Notes under the pieces: generated by a model | Database searches by the model: none | What the model was told of the DNA's origin: nothing | What the model saw: the letters and a program-made list of their open reading frames with translations, nothing else | Shown here: piece after piece, positions 1-13,635 of the stretch | Layout of the letters: every line of letters starts with the position of its first letter | Numbering within the stretch: position 1 is the stretch's first letter | Program-made: the position numbers and the translations under genes | Assembly (NCBI GenBank): GCA_000004695.1 | Contig: CM000154.2 | Span: forward strand, 2,112,001 to 2,176,000 | From: Dictyostelium discoideum | Taxonomy: Eukaryota | Length of the DNA: 64,000 nucleotides | Reading direction: 5' to 3'

Positions 1-806
1 TTGTTTATTTTAAAAAAAAAAAAAATTTATTTTTAAAACTTTCCACTCAAAAATAAATTTAATATAATATAAAATAAAAAAAAGACATATTTATATATTT
101 ATATTATATTATATATATATAAATATTGATTGTGGCAGTTATTTTTAATTATTTTTATGTAAACTTTTTTTGATATTTCAAGATTTTATATATAGGGTAT
201 ATTAAGTAACCTTTTTTAAATATTAATTTTGAAATTACACAAAATAAATAATTCATTGAGGAAAAACAGTATTAGTGTGTGTTTAGTGGTTAAATTTGTA
301 AACCAAAATAGTTTTGGGTGTGTTACATAAATCATCCCAAAAAAAAAAAAAAAAATTAAAAAAATTATTATTTTATTTAATTGGAAGAAGAGTATGATAC
401 AAATAATAAAAACAATAATAATGGTAAAAAAATCTTTTTATATAAAGGGGTTGTGTCAGTTTCCCAAAAAACATGAAAAATTCGAAAAATTAAAATAATA
501 GATCAAATTACAACTTTTTTTAAATAAAAAAAAAAAAAAAAATTAAGAAATAATAATAAAATAAAGAAAATAATAATCGTGGGCATTAATAATAATAATT
601 TATAATAAAAAAAATTATAATTCCTTATCAACATATTTTATTATTTAAATATTTTTTTATTATAATTTTATTTTTTTATTTAATTTTAATTTTTTTATTT
701 TATTTTATTTTTAAATGTATAAATAAAATTTAAATATAAACTATTATAATTTTTTATTTTTTAATACACTTTTAAATTTAGATTAAAAAAGAGTTTTTTT
801 TAAAAA

Positions 807-1412
<606 letters not shown>

Positions 1413-1859
1413 AACTTATTTTTAATAGTTAGTCATATAAAATATAAATAAAAGTTTAATCACTTATAAAGTTTTTTTTTTTTTTTATATCTTTTTATGT
1501 ATTTTTGAGTGTATATTTTAATATACTAAATTCATATTGAAATTAAATAAAAATAAATTTTAAAATTAAAAAAAAATGAAATATTTTTTAATTGTCAAGA
1601 TGACACAATATGAAGATTAGAGAATGTAAAAGTAGGTCTTGATTGTTATTGATAAACTATTGATGATTTTACACACCACCTATAGGTAAATAGTTATAAA
1701 ATTACCACTTTTTTAGGAACAATATAAATGCAACAAATTATTCTTGGAATTTTTTATTTTTTTACTTTTTATTTTTTTTTTATTTTTTTTATTTATTTTT
1801 TTATTTTTATTTTTTTTTTGCCATTTCACAAAAAAAGAAAAACAAAACAAGTTATAAAT

Positions 1860-2407
1860 ATGTCAAATAAAATTATAGAACATTCAAAAATTGTAATGAT
1901 AGATGAGATAATGAATAATAGTAAAGAGTTCTCATTAAAAGAAAGGTCATCAATAAAGACGATAGGGATTTTGAAATTGATAGATTTAGATAATAATTTA
2001 GCATTATTAGAATATAAACAAACTTTTTTATATTGCACAATTGATCAATTCATTTCTCATTTACCTTCAAAATTAAATACATATTACCAAATAATAGGTG
2101 AATTAGAGAAACCAAATGTATGTATATATTTAAAAAACTATAACATAAAATTCTAAAAAAATATATAAAATAATCACAAACTAAACTTTAATATTATATT
2201 TATATATATAATGTTAATAATAATACATTTTAGTTAAAACAGCAAAAAGAAATTGAAAAAAGAGAAAATTTAGGTAATAATATTAATAAAGATTGGATAT
2301 TAAATTCTAGAGTTTATAGATTAATTGATGGTATTGATATTGATTTATATAAAGAGTCTTTGATTGTCCGAAGAAATTTTGAACAACAGAATGCTTCTTT
2401 TAATTAA
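1860..2407 (+). CDS. Hypothetical protein, two exons (1860..2117, 2234..2407), about 143 aa
   Basis: The ORF track's 1728 start reads through a poly-T tract and gives FFFIF junk. The first plausible ATG is at 1860 (MSNKIIEHSK...). A GTATGT donor at 2118 and a TTTTAG acceptor at 2231-2233 join in phase 0 to a second open segment (LKQQKEIEKRENLGNN...QNASFN) ending at TAA 2405-2407. Both segments are non-low-complexity. Confidence 0.5.
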
Positions 2408-2787
2408 TAATTTTTAAAATACCAAAATAAACAATTGTAAATAATAAAATAAAATAAAATTATTTTTAAAGACTAGTGGTTGTTGTAATGGAGACAATTG
2501 CTTGTGTGCTAAAATCAACTACCAACTACAACTTTAGTGCCAATCTCTTCTTGTGATCCAAATGTCAAATCAAATTTATTTTTGATAATTAAAATTATTT
2601 ATTATAATATCTTGGATATTTTAATTGTCTAAAAATAATAATATCTAATATCTAATTTTTTATTTAAAAAGATAACTAAAATTAATAAAAGTAAAAAAAT
2701 ATCAAATTATACAATTTTATAAATAGTATTGTTAATTGTATTTATTTTTTTTTTAAAAAAAAAAAAAAAAAAAAAATGTATTTATTT

Positions 2788-5700
2788 TTATTTAACTGTA
2801 ACTCCTGTTGGTGAAGATTCTTTATTGTTATTTGATTTCTTTTCAACTCTTAATTCAATATCTTCACTTCCAATTGAGGAAGAAGATGATTTATCTTTAT
2901 CTTGTTCGATTAATCTTTCAATATCATCTTTTCTACCAGGTTTTGGACTTGTGGTCTTGGTTATAATTTTATTTGGTGGTGATAATAGACTATTGGTAGT
3001 GGTTGAAGTTGATGCTGGTGGGGATGTTTTTGTTGCGATTGTGGCAGTTGATGTTGAAACAAAACGTGGTGATACTGGATTAGTGGTGGTAGTAGGGGTT
3101 GACTTTGCCATAGTTGTTGCAGTTGATGTATAACGTGGTGATGAAGGATTAACTGATTTTGGATCATTTGATGAAGTTGGTGATATTGGAGTTGGTGATG
3201 TTGTTGTTGGTGATGTTGTTGTTGTTGGAGATAATTTTGAAATTGTAACTGGTGGTTTATTTACAGATGATGTTGTTGTTGAGGTTGTTGAAGTAACTGT
3301 TGGAGCAGTTTTATTGATTGTATTCGTTTCAGGTTTAGAAACTGTGGTTGATGTAGGTTTTGAGGCTGTTGCTGTTGAAATAGTTGCTGATGATTTCAAA
3401 GTTGGAGATATAGAAGGCTTAGCTGTAACTGTTGATGTTGGTGATAATGATGATGATGTTGGTGATTTTGGTGAAACTACTGATGTCGTTGTTTTATTTT
3501 CAGTTGGTGATGCTGATGGTTTAGCGACAGCTGTAGTTGTAGTAGTGGTGGTGGTTGGTGAAATTGGTGATTTTGGTGAAACTACTGATGTCGTTTTATT
3601 TTCAGTTGGTGATGTAGTTGGTGTTGTTGAGAGTGGTTTATTTACAGTTGCTGTAGATTTACTTGTTGCAATGGTTGAAGTTGTTGTTGTTGTTGCTGCT
3701 GCAGCAGGCTTATTAAATGTTGCAGCTATTTTACTAATATTAACGGGTGGTACAACTGTAGTGGTGGGTTTGTTAATTGTTGATGTGGTAGTAGTTGTTG
3801 TACCAACAGTAGCAGCAGCAGGTTTATTGGTTACAGTAGTAGCAGCAGGTTTATTGGTTACAGTAGTAGCAGCAGGTTTATTGGTCACAGTAGTAGTGGC
3901 AGGTTTATTGATTATATTAGTATTAGCAGCAGCAGGTTTGTTGGTTACAGTAGCAGCAGGCTTATTAGTTACAATAGTATCAGCCGGTTTACTGATAGAA
4001 GTCGTATTTGTAATTGGAGTAGTGGCAGCAGGCTTATTAAATGCTGCAGCAAGTTTATTTATATTAGAAGAGGGAGTAGATGGTGCAGTTGATGGTATAG
4101 TTGGTTTATTAATAGTGGTTGATACTGGTTTTGGTGAAATTGTTGTTTTATTTACATTGGTTGTTGATGGTGGTGATGATGATGATGATGATGATACATT
4201 CTCTACTGGTTTGTTGCTATCAGAAGTTGAAATTTTTTCAACTATTGGCGGCGAAGTTTTAATACTTTCTGATGATTTAACTAAAGTGGATGGTTTAATA
4301 ACACTATTTTCATTTTCAACTTTTGGAGTTGGAGGTCTATGAACAGGTGCTTTAGTACCCTCTGATGATTTATTCAAATTACTAATTGGTGTTGATGAAG
4401 TTAAACTTATTGGTGAGGTAATTGGACTTACAGAGTTTGTAGTTGTATTGGAACCACTAATTAATGGAGAGGTGGTAGTTGTAGTAGTGGTTGTGGTTGT
4501 GGTAGTTGTAGTAGTAGTGACTAAAGATGCTATTGTTGATGGTGAAGATAGTGATAGAGATGGAGATGAAGATGGTGGTTGTGATTTCTCATCAGTTTGA
4601 GAGATAACAATTGGTAAGACAATTTTTTCTTCAGTCGTAGTGGTTGTTGAAGAAGAGGATGATGATGATGATGTTGAAACTGGTTGTGATAATTCAGGTG
4701 ATACAATTAATTCTTTTACCTTTTCTTTTTCTTTTTCTTTTTCTTTTTCAGTCTCTTTTTCTTTTACAGTCTCTATTTCTTCTTTTTCTTTTTCAGTCTC
4801 TATTTCTTTTTCTAATTTTTCTTCCTCTTTTTCTACATTCTTTTCTCTCTTTATCACTACCTTTTCTTGGTTTACCTTTTCTACAAACTCTTTTTCAGAT
4901 TCTTTTTCCTTTTCTTTTTCAATTTCTTTGTTATCTTTCTTTTCATGTTGTTCTGATTCTTTTGATGGTGTTATTTGTATTGGTGGTGATGATTCTGGTT
5001 GTGATTGTGATGTCTCTGTTATAATTATTGGAGTTGGTAATGAGGTAATTGATCTTTCTTTTACAACCAATCCCTCATCTTCTTCTTTTGGTTTTTCTTC
5101 TTTTTGTTGTTGTTGTTGTTGTTGTTTTAGTTGATCCATTCTATTATTTGTACCAATGAATTCTTCATCCAATTTACTTTGATCAGAGAAATCGATTGGA
5201 GTTGAATGGGCAATTGTCATTCTTCTTGAAGGTGGTTTAACACTTAACCTCTTTGCCCTGTCTCTTGTTGGGTGTGATAATAATGATGAATTTGCTTTTG
5301 CTTCTTCCTCAGTGACTGGTTGTATTGGTTTAACAGGACTATTATTATTACTATTTGAACCTTGTACAATCATACTACCTCCACCTCTTGCGAATCCTGG
5401 ATTACCACCCATACCAATCAAACCCTCTAATTTTGATGCAAATTCAGAATTCTTTTTAATTGGACTTGAACCACTAACTTTATTATTTGGTATGGCTATT
5501 GAATTTCTGTATGTTATTTTATTAGGTGATCCTGATAAACCACCAATATTATTATTACTATTATTATTATTATTATTATTATTACTAACACCCATATTAT
5601 GTTGAGTTGGTGGAATAATTGGAACAAATGAATGTCTTTTATTTGGTGAAGGTTTATTTGAAGTTGGTGTTATTAAATTTTTAACTGGGGTTGTAGTTGA

Positions 5701-6314
5701 ATTTGGTTTTGGTTCTTCTGGTGATATTAAAATTGGTGGAGTTACTACTTTTTCTTTTTGTTGTTGATCAGGTGATACTGATTTAGGTAATGTCTCTGTA
5801 TTTGATTTTGGTGGTAAAATTGGAGCTTCTTTTTGAATTTCTTTTTCAACCTCTTTTACTTTTTCAATTTCTTTTTTAGTATGTTTTTCACTCTCTTTTT
5901 CCTCCTCTTTCTCTTTTTCCTCATTTTCAATTTTATTTATTTCATCTACTTTTGTTGTTGTTGTTGAAGTGGTTTTTGGAGATAAATCTTCTTTTTCAGT
6001 ATCAGAGGGTGATTTTGTTGTTGAAACTGATGTTGGTTTAGAATCAGCTATGATTGGTATTGGTGGTGATGTTAAATCTACATCAGATGGTGATGATGAT
6101 AAGATTGATTCAGAATTTTTATTATCATTAACTGTTGGTGGTGGTGGTTGTTCAATTTCTTTAACATCATTTGTTTCTTTTGTATCTTTCTTTTTATCTT
6201 TATCTTTTATATCTTTATCCTTTGTTTTATCTTTTTTTGGTTCTTTTGTTGATTTTTCTTTATCATCTTTATTTTTTCTATCAATAAAAATTAAATAAAT
6301 TAATTTAAAACAAT

Positions 6315-6355
<41 letters not shown>

Positions 6356-6427
6356 CTTTGATAAACCTAATTTGTCAAACAAACTTTTTTTCTTTTTTTG
6401 TTTTTTGTCTAAATCTTGTTGCTCCAT
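2788..6427 (-). CDS. Large Ser/Thr/Pro-rich low-complexity (mucin-like) protein, two exons (6357..6427, 2788..6277), about 1186 aa
   Basis: Minus-strand ATG (plus 6425-6427) encodes MEQQDLDKKQKKKKSLFDKLGLS plus 2 nt. The minus-strand donor GTAAGT lies at plus 6351-6356 and the acceptor TTGATAG at plus 6278-6284. The phase-2 junction (aa+a=AAA) was verified by hand. The exon then runs as one open frame (KNKDDKEKSTKEPKK...) into the 2788..5595 ORF. That ORF only appears to begin at 5595 because it is the first Met after the intron stop. The product is KE/EKEK-rich N-terminally and has tandem NKPAATTVT-type repeats with poly-T/poly-S runs. Confidence 0.6.
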
Positions 6428-7307
6428 TTTGGCTATTAAATTGAGGTAACTTTAAATTATCTGTAATGAAAATTAAAAATATAAAAAAAAAAAGATTTTT
6501 TTATTTTTTTTTTTTTTTTTTTTTTTTATTTTATGTTTTGTTTTCTAAGTTGTTTTTTTTTTTTTAAAGTTTTAAATAAATAAATAATAAATAAATAAAA
6601 TAAATGTAAAAGAAAAATAAAAATAATAAAAAAAAAACAAAATTAAAATTAAAATAAAGTGTGGAGGTTTTTAAAAAAAAAAAAAATGAAAAAATAAAAT
6701 AAAAAAATAAAAAAAAATAACAATTAGTGGGTTAACTATGGAATAAACAAAAAATATATATAAATTTTAAAAAATAAAAAAAAAAATAAAAAATAAAAAA
6801 AAGTTAATTTATGTAAAAATTATTATAATGTGTGGTTTAAATGAATGAATTCAAATAAAATTTCTTAATTTGAACTATTTTTTTATAATTTTTTTTTTAA
6901 TTTTTTCAATATTTTTTTTATTTTTTAATTTTTAATTTTTTTTTTTTTATTTGAAATCTGATCAAAAAAATATCTTTTTTTTTTTTTTTTTTTTTTCAGT
7001 TTTTTTTTTTTATGAAATTGTTTTATTAAGGTTTAAAGATTAATGAAGAATATGAGCATTAGTAAAAAAAAAAAAGATAGTTGGAAAATCCAAAAAACCA
7101 GTGTGGCAAAAAAATTTGGTGTTGCCATTACTGTTCGGCAATTGAAAGTTTTGGTGTTTAAGAACTATAATTAGTTTAAATAATGTTTTTGAAAAAAAAA
7201 AAAAAAAAAAAATAAAATATCTTTTTTTTTTTTTTTTATTTTTTTTTATTTTTTTTTTTTTAATTTTAAAAAGATTCGAGTTTAGAAAAATTACAATTTC
7301 GATAAAA

Positions 7308-8353
7308 ATGGGATTAGATGAAAATGAAATAATTAATAATGATTGTAACATTGGAAATGACAATAATAATAATAGTAATATTATATTGAATAGACAATTA
7401 GTTGTAATAGTAACAGGTAGTAGTGATGGTTTAGGTAAAGTTGTTTCTGGAATGCTTGCCAAAACCAATTATTTTGTAATTTTAGCAAATAGAGATTTAA
7501 TTAAAGCTAAATTAGTATTGGATGAAATTTTATCAACAACACCAAATAACAAAAATGTAATTTCAATGAAATTGGATTTATCATCATTTGATTCAATTAA
7601 AGAATTTGTAAATCAATTTGAAAAATTAAATTTACAATTAGATGTTTTAATTAATAATGCTGGAATTTACACACCACCATTTTCATTGCCAGAAGGTTTT
7701 GAAAGTCAATTAATGGTAAATCATCTTGGTCCATTTTTATTAACAAATTTATTAATTAATAAATTTACAGAGTAAATATAAAATATAATAATTTTTCAAT
7801 AATATTTATTATTAATTATTAATTATTAATTATTTTTTTACTTTTTTAAAAAAAATTATATAGGAATGCAAGAATTATAAATTTATCAAGTATTGCACAT
7901 AAAAATTCAGAAATATTCAATGTTGAAGATTTATCATGTAAATCAATTGATAGTTATAATGCAATAAAGAGATATTCAAATTCAAAATTATATGCAATTT
8001 TATTTACAAAAGAGTTGAATAGAATTTTCAAGAAAAACAATTCAAAAATCATTGCATTATCATTACATCCAGGTGTTATTAGTACGACAAATTTATTTAA
8101 AAATATACCAAATTATATAAAACTATTATTAACTATATCAAAACCATTCACAACGACAATTAATACAGCTTCAACTGCAATCTATCGTTTAGCAGTTGGT
8201 GCTGATCCAGAATTACCATTATTAACTGGTGGTGAATATTTTAATATTAATGTACTTGTTGATCCAATACCTCAAGCTTTATCACAAGAGAATTGGAGAT
8301 TATTATGGGCAAAAAGTTGTGAATATTGTAAAATTGATGACATTGGAAAATAA
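7308..8353 (+). CDS. Short-chain dehydrogenase/reductase (SDR) family oxidoreductase, two exons (7308..7771, 7864..8353), about 317 aa
   Basis: It carries the TGSSDGLG (TGxxxGxG) NAD(P)-binding motif, an NNAG motif, and a YSNSK (YxxxK) catalytic motif in exon 2. A GTAAAT donor at 7772 and a TATATAG acceptor at 7861-7863 give a phase-2 junction that rebuilds ...KFTE|NARIINLSSIAH... (a typical SDR N-A-R-I-x-N-x-S-S segment). The stop is TAA 8351-8353. Confidence 0.8.
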
Positions 8354-8575
8354 AAATTTTAAAATCTGATATTTAATTTTTATTTTATTTTATTTATACA
8401 TAAAAATAAAAATAAAAATAAAATAAAAATAAAAATAAAAAAAAGAATTATTAATTCTTTAAATTGATTAAATTAAATAGTTTTTTTTATTTTTATAAAT
8501 AATAAAAGATTTGAAAAGTAAAAATTTTTAAATAGAAATTATATAAGATTTTGAAAGAGAGAGTAAAAATTTAAA

Positions 8576-10433
8576 ACTATTGAGGTGCTTCAAAGAGAGC
8601 ATTTTCACCACCATTATTTGATTGTTGATACAATGGATTTGCATTACTACTTGCAAATACTTGTCCTTGATTCGCTTTCCAATGATCATATCCTTTTTTA
8701 CCAGCAAACTAAAAAAAAAAAAAAAATTAGTTAATTATTATTAAAAATTTTGGAATAAAAATTAAAAAAAAAAAATATTTACAATTGCAGCACCTAAAAC
8801 AACAGCACCTACTACAACAACAGAAGCAACAACAGCAGTTGAAACTATTGCACCAGTTTGGCAAATAAATGGTTTAGGATCATAATCTACAGATTTACAT
8901 TTACCAGGTTCAGTTGCAGTTGCATTAACACAAACACCACTTTGACACTTTGAATTATCAGGTGAGCAACGTTTTTCAAAAGTTATACAACCAATAGCTT
9001 CATCACATTGGGAAACTAAACAGAAAGCAGTTGAATTACAAACACGTGGTACAAGTGTACAACCTTTAACACTATCACAAACACCAACTTGACAATTACC
9101 ACTATTTGGACATACCACTGGTTTTGAAACACAACCTTTATTAGTATCACAAGTATATACTAAACATTTATCAGTGGTTGGACATGAAACTGTCTTATTT
9201 GAACATTCACCTTGATTTATATTTGTAGCTGCAGCAACACAAATATTATCAGTACATTCATTACCATCTTGACATTCATTATTTGTTGGTGAACATGAGC
9301 CAGTGGTTGTATTGCATTTCATACAACCTGTACATTTTGTAGTTATATTATGGGTTATTAAACCAGTGGTTTCATCACAATGGTCATCGGTACATGGATT
9401 ACCATCATCAATTTCATCTAATGGAAGTGGTGAACATACTGATGTACCATTTGAAGCGGTAACACAATTATTCTTTTGACATTTATTTAATACACAACCA
9501 CATGAACAAACTGATGGATCTAATTTCTTTATTGTACATACACCAGCATTACAAACATTTTGTTCACATGAATCTGGACCTTGTTTACATAATGGTTGAG
9601 AAACACAGCCACTATTAATATCACAATAATAGACTTTGCATGGATCATTACCCAATTCAGCTGCACAAGTACTATTTGATTTGGTTTGACATTGGCCATT
9701 TGAACAAGCACCTGTATTACATGGATTATGAGCTGAAGTACATGATGAAGTATACAAACATCCACTTGATGGGTCACATGGTTTTAATGTTAAACATTGA
9801 GATGATTTATCATCACATTTAATTGATGTTGGTGTACATTGACCACTTTTAGAATCACATGTATTATTTGTACACATATCAATTGATGGACATGATACTG
9901 GTGCATGTTGACAAAGATCTGAAATTGAAAACCCTGCTGGAATAATTGTATCACGTGGTGGGCATGAATCAATTGTACATAAATCACCATCATTACAATT
10001 TACTACTGGATCACAACAAGTTGAACCATCACCATAACAAACACCACAATAATCATAAAACTATATTTTAAAAATTAAAAAAATTAAAATTTAAAATTAA
10101 AATTATTGTTATTATTTTAAAATATTATATACATATAATCAATTTTTTTTACTTACTGGACAATATGCTTGAATTGAAGTTTCAATTCTAATTGTTGATT
10201 TGGTTGTATGTCTTTCACAATAAAAGAAATCAAATGTATAATCTTTATTTTTTGTTAAACCCAATGTTGTTAAATCAATATTCTTACCTGCAGCTTCATG
10301 AAGACCACCCAAATCAATAACTAATTGATCATTGATAAATACCCATACATCATCATCACCAACAAAATAAAATACTTCATTACCAGTATATGTAAAACGT
10401 GTATTTATCTAAAAATTTTAATTATATTAGATT

Positions 10434-10471
<38 letters not shown>

Positions 10472-10979
10472 GAAATCAATAATTACTTTTAAACAAAAAT
10501 GGAAATTATGATAATCAGTTCCATCTGTATAATTACGATAAAATGGATTTGTATCAAAACCTTGATAATCAACTAAAATTATTATTTATTTTAAAATAGA
10601 AAAATAAAATAAAATAAAAATTAATAATTAATTTAATTATATAATAAAATTTTTTAAAAAGTTTTAAATTTACTTACTTGGGAAAAAGAATTGATTATCA
10701 TAAACATAAGTACCAGTTGATGGATTCAAAGTTAAATTTACAGTCATTGGGATTGGGAAATTTGCACCAGAATTATTTGTTAATGGAGCATTTTTATTTG
10801 GTTGATAGAAATATTGGAATAAACTTGGAGTTACCATTCTTCCCATTACATTTGTTGTTGTAAATGGCAATAATGTATTTAATGTTGGAGTTCTTGTAGT
10901 TGTATTGATTGCATTTTGGACAAGTCTAGTTGTTAATGAACCTGCAATTGGTTCAAAATTATTATCATAATCTATATTT

Positions 10980-11021
<42 letters not shown>

Positions 11022-11203
11022 TTATAATTAATTTATTTTTTTAATAATTGTAAATTTAAAAAATATAAAAATATTATTTACTTACATGGATATTGATCAT
11101 ATATAGTTCCCTCTAATTTTAAAGTTGTGGCTTGTGTTGTTGATTGGGAATTTATAAAATTAACCAAACTAAATAATATTAGTAAATTGAATATTATTTT
11201 CAT
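8576..11203 (-). CDS. psi-family (PA14 domain) cysteine-rich type-I membrane glycoprotein. Exons on minus: 11086..11203, 10678..10971, 10487..10572, 10157..10408, 8783..10060, plus a probable terminal exon 8576..8707. About 719 aa.
   Basis: Exon 1 is a signal peptide ([20 protein letters not shown]...). Exons 2-4 encode a PA14 domain (…[34 protein letters not shown]…). The large exon holds many C-x-C/C-x-x-C repeats and then a TM helix ([23 protein letters not shown]). All junction phases were checked by hand (1,1,0,0), and every donor is GTAAGT or GTAATT. The last 44 codons ([14 protein letters not shown]...EAPQ*) are reached through a 75-nt GTAAAT..TTTTAG intron. Without that intron the ORF stops at 8762 (…IVNIFFF*). 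The architecture matches the Dictyostelium psiA-psiR family. Confidence 0.75.
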
Positions 11204-12170
11204 TTTTTTATTTTTTAAAAAATAATAAAAATTTTAATAAATTTAGGATTTTATTATAACCCAAATCCAATATATGTAATATATTATAAATAAATTTAAA
11301 AATTATAAAGGATTTTTTTTTTTTTTTTTGGTTTTTTTTTTTTTTTTTTTTTAGAAAATAATTTTTTAATTATTAATAAAATTTTTTAATTGATTTTATT
11401 TTAAAATGATCAATTTATTTTTAATTTATTGGAGGAAAAAAAATAAAAGAAAAAATAAAAAAATAAAAAAATAATCAAATTAAAAAAAAAAAAAAAAAAA
11501 AAGAAAAGGAAAAAAAAAAAAAAAAAGGAAAAAAAATAATAAAAAAAATAAAAAAATCTGAACTGTGTAAATAAATTTATTTTTGATGTTATTAACAAAC
11601 TTATTATGATAAAAAAAACAAATCAAAAATTGACCATATGTATTAAATTTTTTGTACAATACTATTATTTATATTGGTATCAAAATTTCTTTAACTCTGA
11701 AATTCTACATGTTTTTTTGTGTTACCCCAATATATATAAATAAATAAAAAAAAAAAATAAAAAAAAAACTTACTAAAAATTTACCTTTATAACATCAATG
11801 GAATCATTAATTGTGTTCTGAAAATCCAACATATCAAAAGTTAATTTAACCCCATCCAATTTATTATTTAATAAAAAAAAGGAAAAAAAAAAAAAAATGA
11901 AAATATTTTTTTTTTTTTTTTTATCAAAACTCCATAGAGTTAAAAATAGAATTTGTGGTTAAAAAAAAGACTTAATGTTTGAAATTTTTTTTTTTTTTTT
12001 ATTATTTTTTTTATTAAAAAACAAATTGTATTTTAATCATCGAGATTTACAAAACGATAAATATCTCAGATTCAAAATTAGTGATAATAAAAAAAAAAAA
12101 AAAAAAATAATAAAATTGGTAAATGATTTTAATTTTTATGTGTTATGTTTAATTAAATTAATTTAAATAA

Positions 12171-12203
<33 letters not shown>

Positions 12204-12371
12204 CTAAAAAAGACATGTTAAAATTTACTTCAAAGAACTTAATATAATTTTTAAATCTATTCTTTTAGATTTTTTTTTTTTTTTGAATTTTTTTTTTTTT
12301 TTTTTAATATATAAAAATAAAATTAAAAATAAATTCCCACTAAATCTCAAATGAAAATAAGATTTTATTAC

Positions 12372-12405
<34 letters not shown>

Positions 12406-12477
12406 CTTATTTATATATTTATTTACGATTGTTTATAATATTTATTTTTTTCAATAATAAATTAATAAATTATTAAA

Positions 12478-13149
12478 TTATTGAACATTAATTGTTGTTG
12501 ATTTAACATAACTATTTTTTGGAATACTAATTTCTAAAATACCATTATTCATAATAGCTTTAATTAAAGAAACATCAATATCTTCAGGTAATTTAATTGA
12601 TTTTTTAAATTCCATTAATGATTGATGTTGTGATTCTACTTGTTGATTATTTGATGATGGTTGTTGAATGGTTGTATTTTTATTTAAAGCATCAATATTT
12701 AATAAACCATTTGAAAAATCAATTTTAACATTTTCTTTTGAAAAACCTGGTAATTCTACTCTAATTTCAATTCCTTTATCAGATTCATTAATAAAGGTTT
12801 TTGGTGATCTAAATCCGCGAGTTTTTGAAAATTCATGTTCCCAATTATCAAAAATACTCTCAAATTTATCCATATATTGTTGACCACCATGACTATAATA
12901 GAAATGTCTAAAACATTCATTAAACTTATCGATTTTCTTTGAGAAACGATCTTCAAATTTAACTTGGAAAAAATATGGTTTGTTTGAATAATCATTAGTT
13001 TCACAAATACCTGATGATTGGGATGTTGATAATGTTGATGCTGTTGGTCTACCAAAATTACTTAAATTTGATTCTGGATAACCTCCTCTTCTACCACAGA
13101 GAAAAGCACGACGAAAGAAAAATGGTGTAGTTTTTGAAAGTTTATACAT
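12478..13149 (-). CDS. Small heat-shock protein (alpha-crystallin/HSP20 domain), HspG-like, about 223 aa
   Basis: It has an alpha-crystallin-domain-like C-terminus (GIEIRVELPGFSKENVKIDFSNGLLNIDALNK ... KLPEDIDVSLIKAIMNNGILEISIPK). The true start is the ATG at minus 13149 (MYKLSK...). The ORF-track start at 13323 reads through poly-A as KKKK/FFF junk. Confidence 0.75.
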   Translation of the reverse strand: MYKLSKTTPFFFRRAFLCGRRGGYPESNLSNFGRPTASTLSTSQSSGICETNDYSNKPYFFQVKFEDRFSKKIDKFNECFRHFYYSHGGQQYMDKFESIFDNWEHEFSKTRGFRSPKTFINESDKGIEIRVELPGFSKENVKIDFSNGLLNIDALNKNTTIQQPSSNNQQVESQHQSLMEFKKSIKLPEDIDVSLIKAIMNNGILEISIPKNSYVKSTTINVQ

Positions 13150-13264
13150 TTTTTTGTTTTGTTTTTTTTTTAAAAAAAAAAATATTGAAAAATAATTATT
13201 ATTATTATTATTTGAATGATGGAAATAAAATATGAATATAAAAAATAAAAAAAAATATTTATAT

Positions 13265-13303
<39 letters not shown>

Positions 13304-13602
13304 TAAAAATAAAAAAAAAACATATAAATGTAATTATTATGTTTAATTTTTCATTTAATTGATGATATTATTATTACATATTAATATAATATTTTAAAAT
13401 AATATGAAAATACAATAAAAAAATAAAATTAAAAATTCATAAAAATAAAAATTCAAAAAAAAAAAACAACAAATTTTGATGTGTTTATTTTAACACCCAA
13501 ATTTGTAAATTTTAAATACTGCGACATTTATTTTCTTTTTTTTGTATAGGGTCTCAAAAACTATTTTTAGATATTATATCAATACAAAATAATTATGTAT
13601 AT

Positions 13603-13635
<33 letters not shown>

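Noticed and set aside
1728-1859. The upstream part of ORF 1728..2156 (MQQIILGIFYFFTFYFFFIFF...)
   Set aside because: It is a reading of a poly-T tract, and the real start is the ATG at 1860. The ORF track also labels TTG/GTG as M (for example 1128, 24800, 25807, 27657 and 28279 are not ATG), so track start coordinates cannot be taken as initiation codons.
2729-6298. Plus-strand ORFs 2729..3133, 3314..4342, 4640..5134, 4644..5024, 5312..5605 and 5969..6298, and the minus-strand ORF 2961..3167
   Set aside because: They are antisense or alternative-frame read-throughs of the low-complexity repeat gene and translate to homopolymeric V/G/F/L junk. No start context or splice logic supports them. 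They are artifacts of the repeat.
8762-8782. Taking the psi gene stop at 8762 (…IVNIFFF*) as the definitive C-terminus
   Set aside because: It is not rejected outright. It is downgraded because a canonical 75-nt intron leads to a 44-codon open block ending at a stop, and the unspliced reading ends in FFF from a poly-T run. Both alternatives are recorded.
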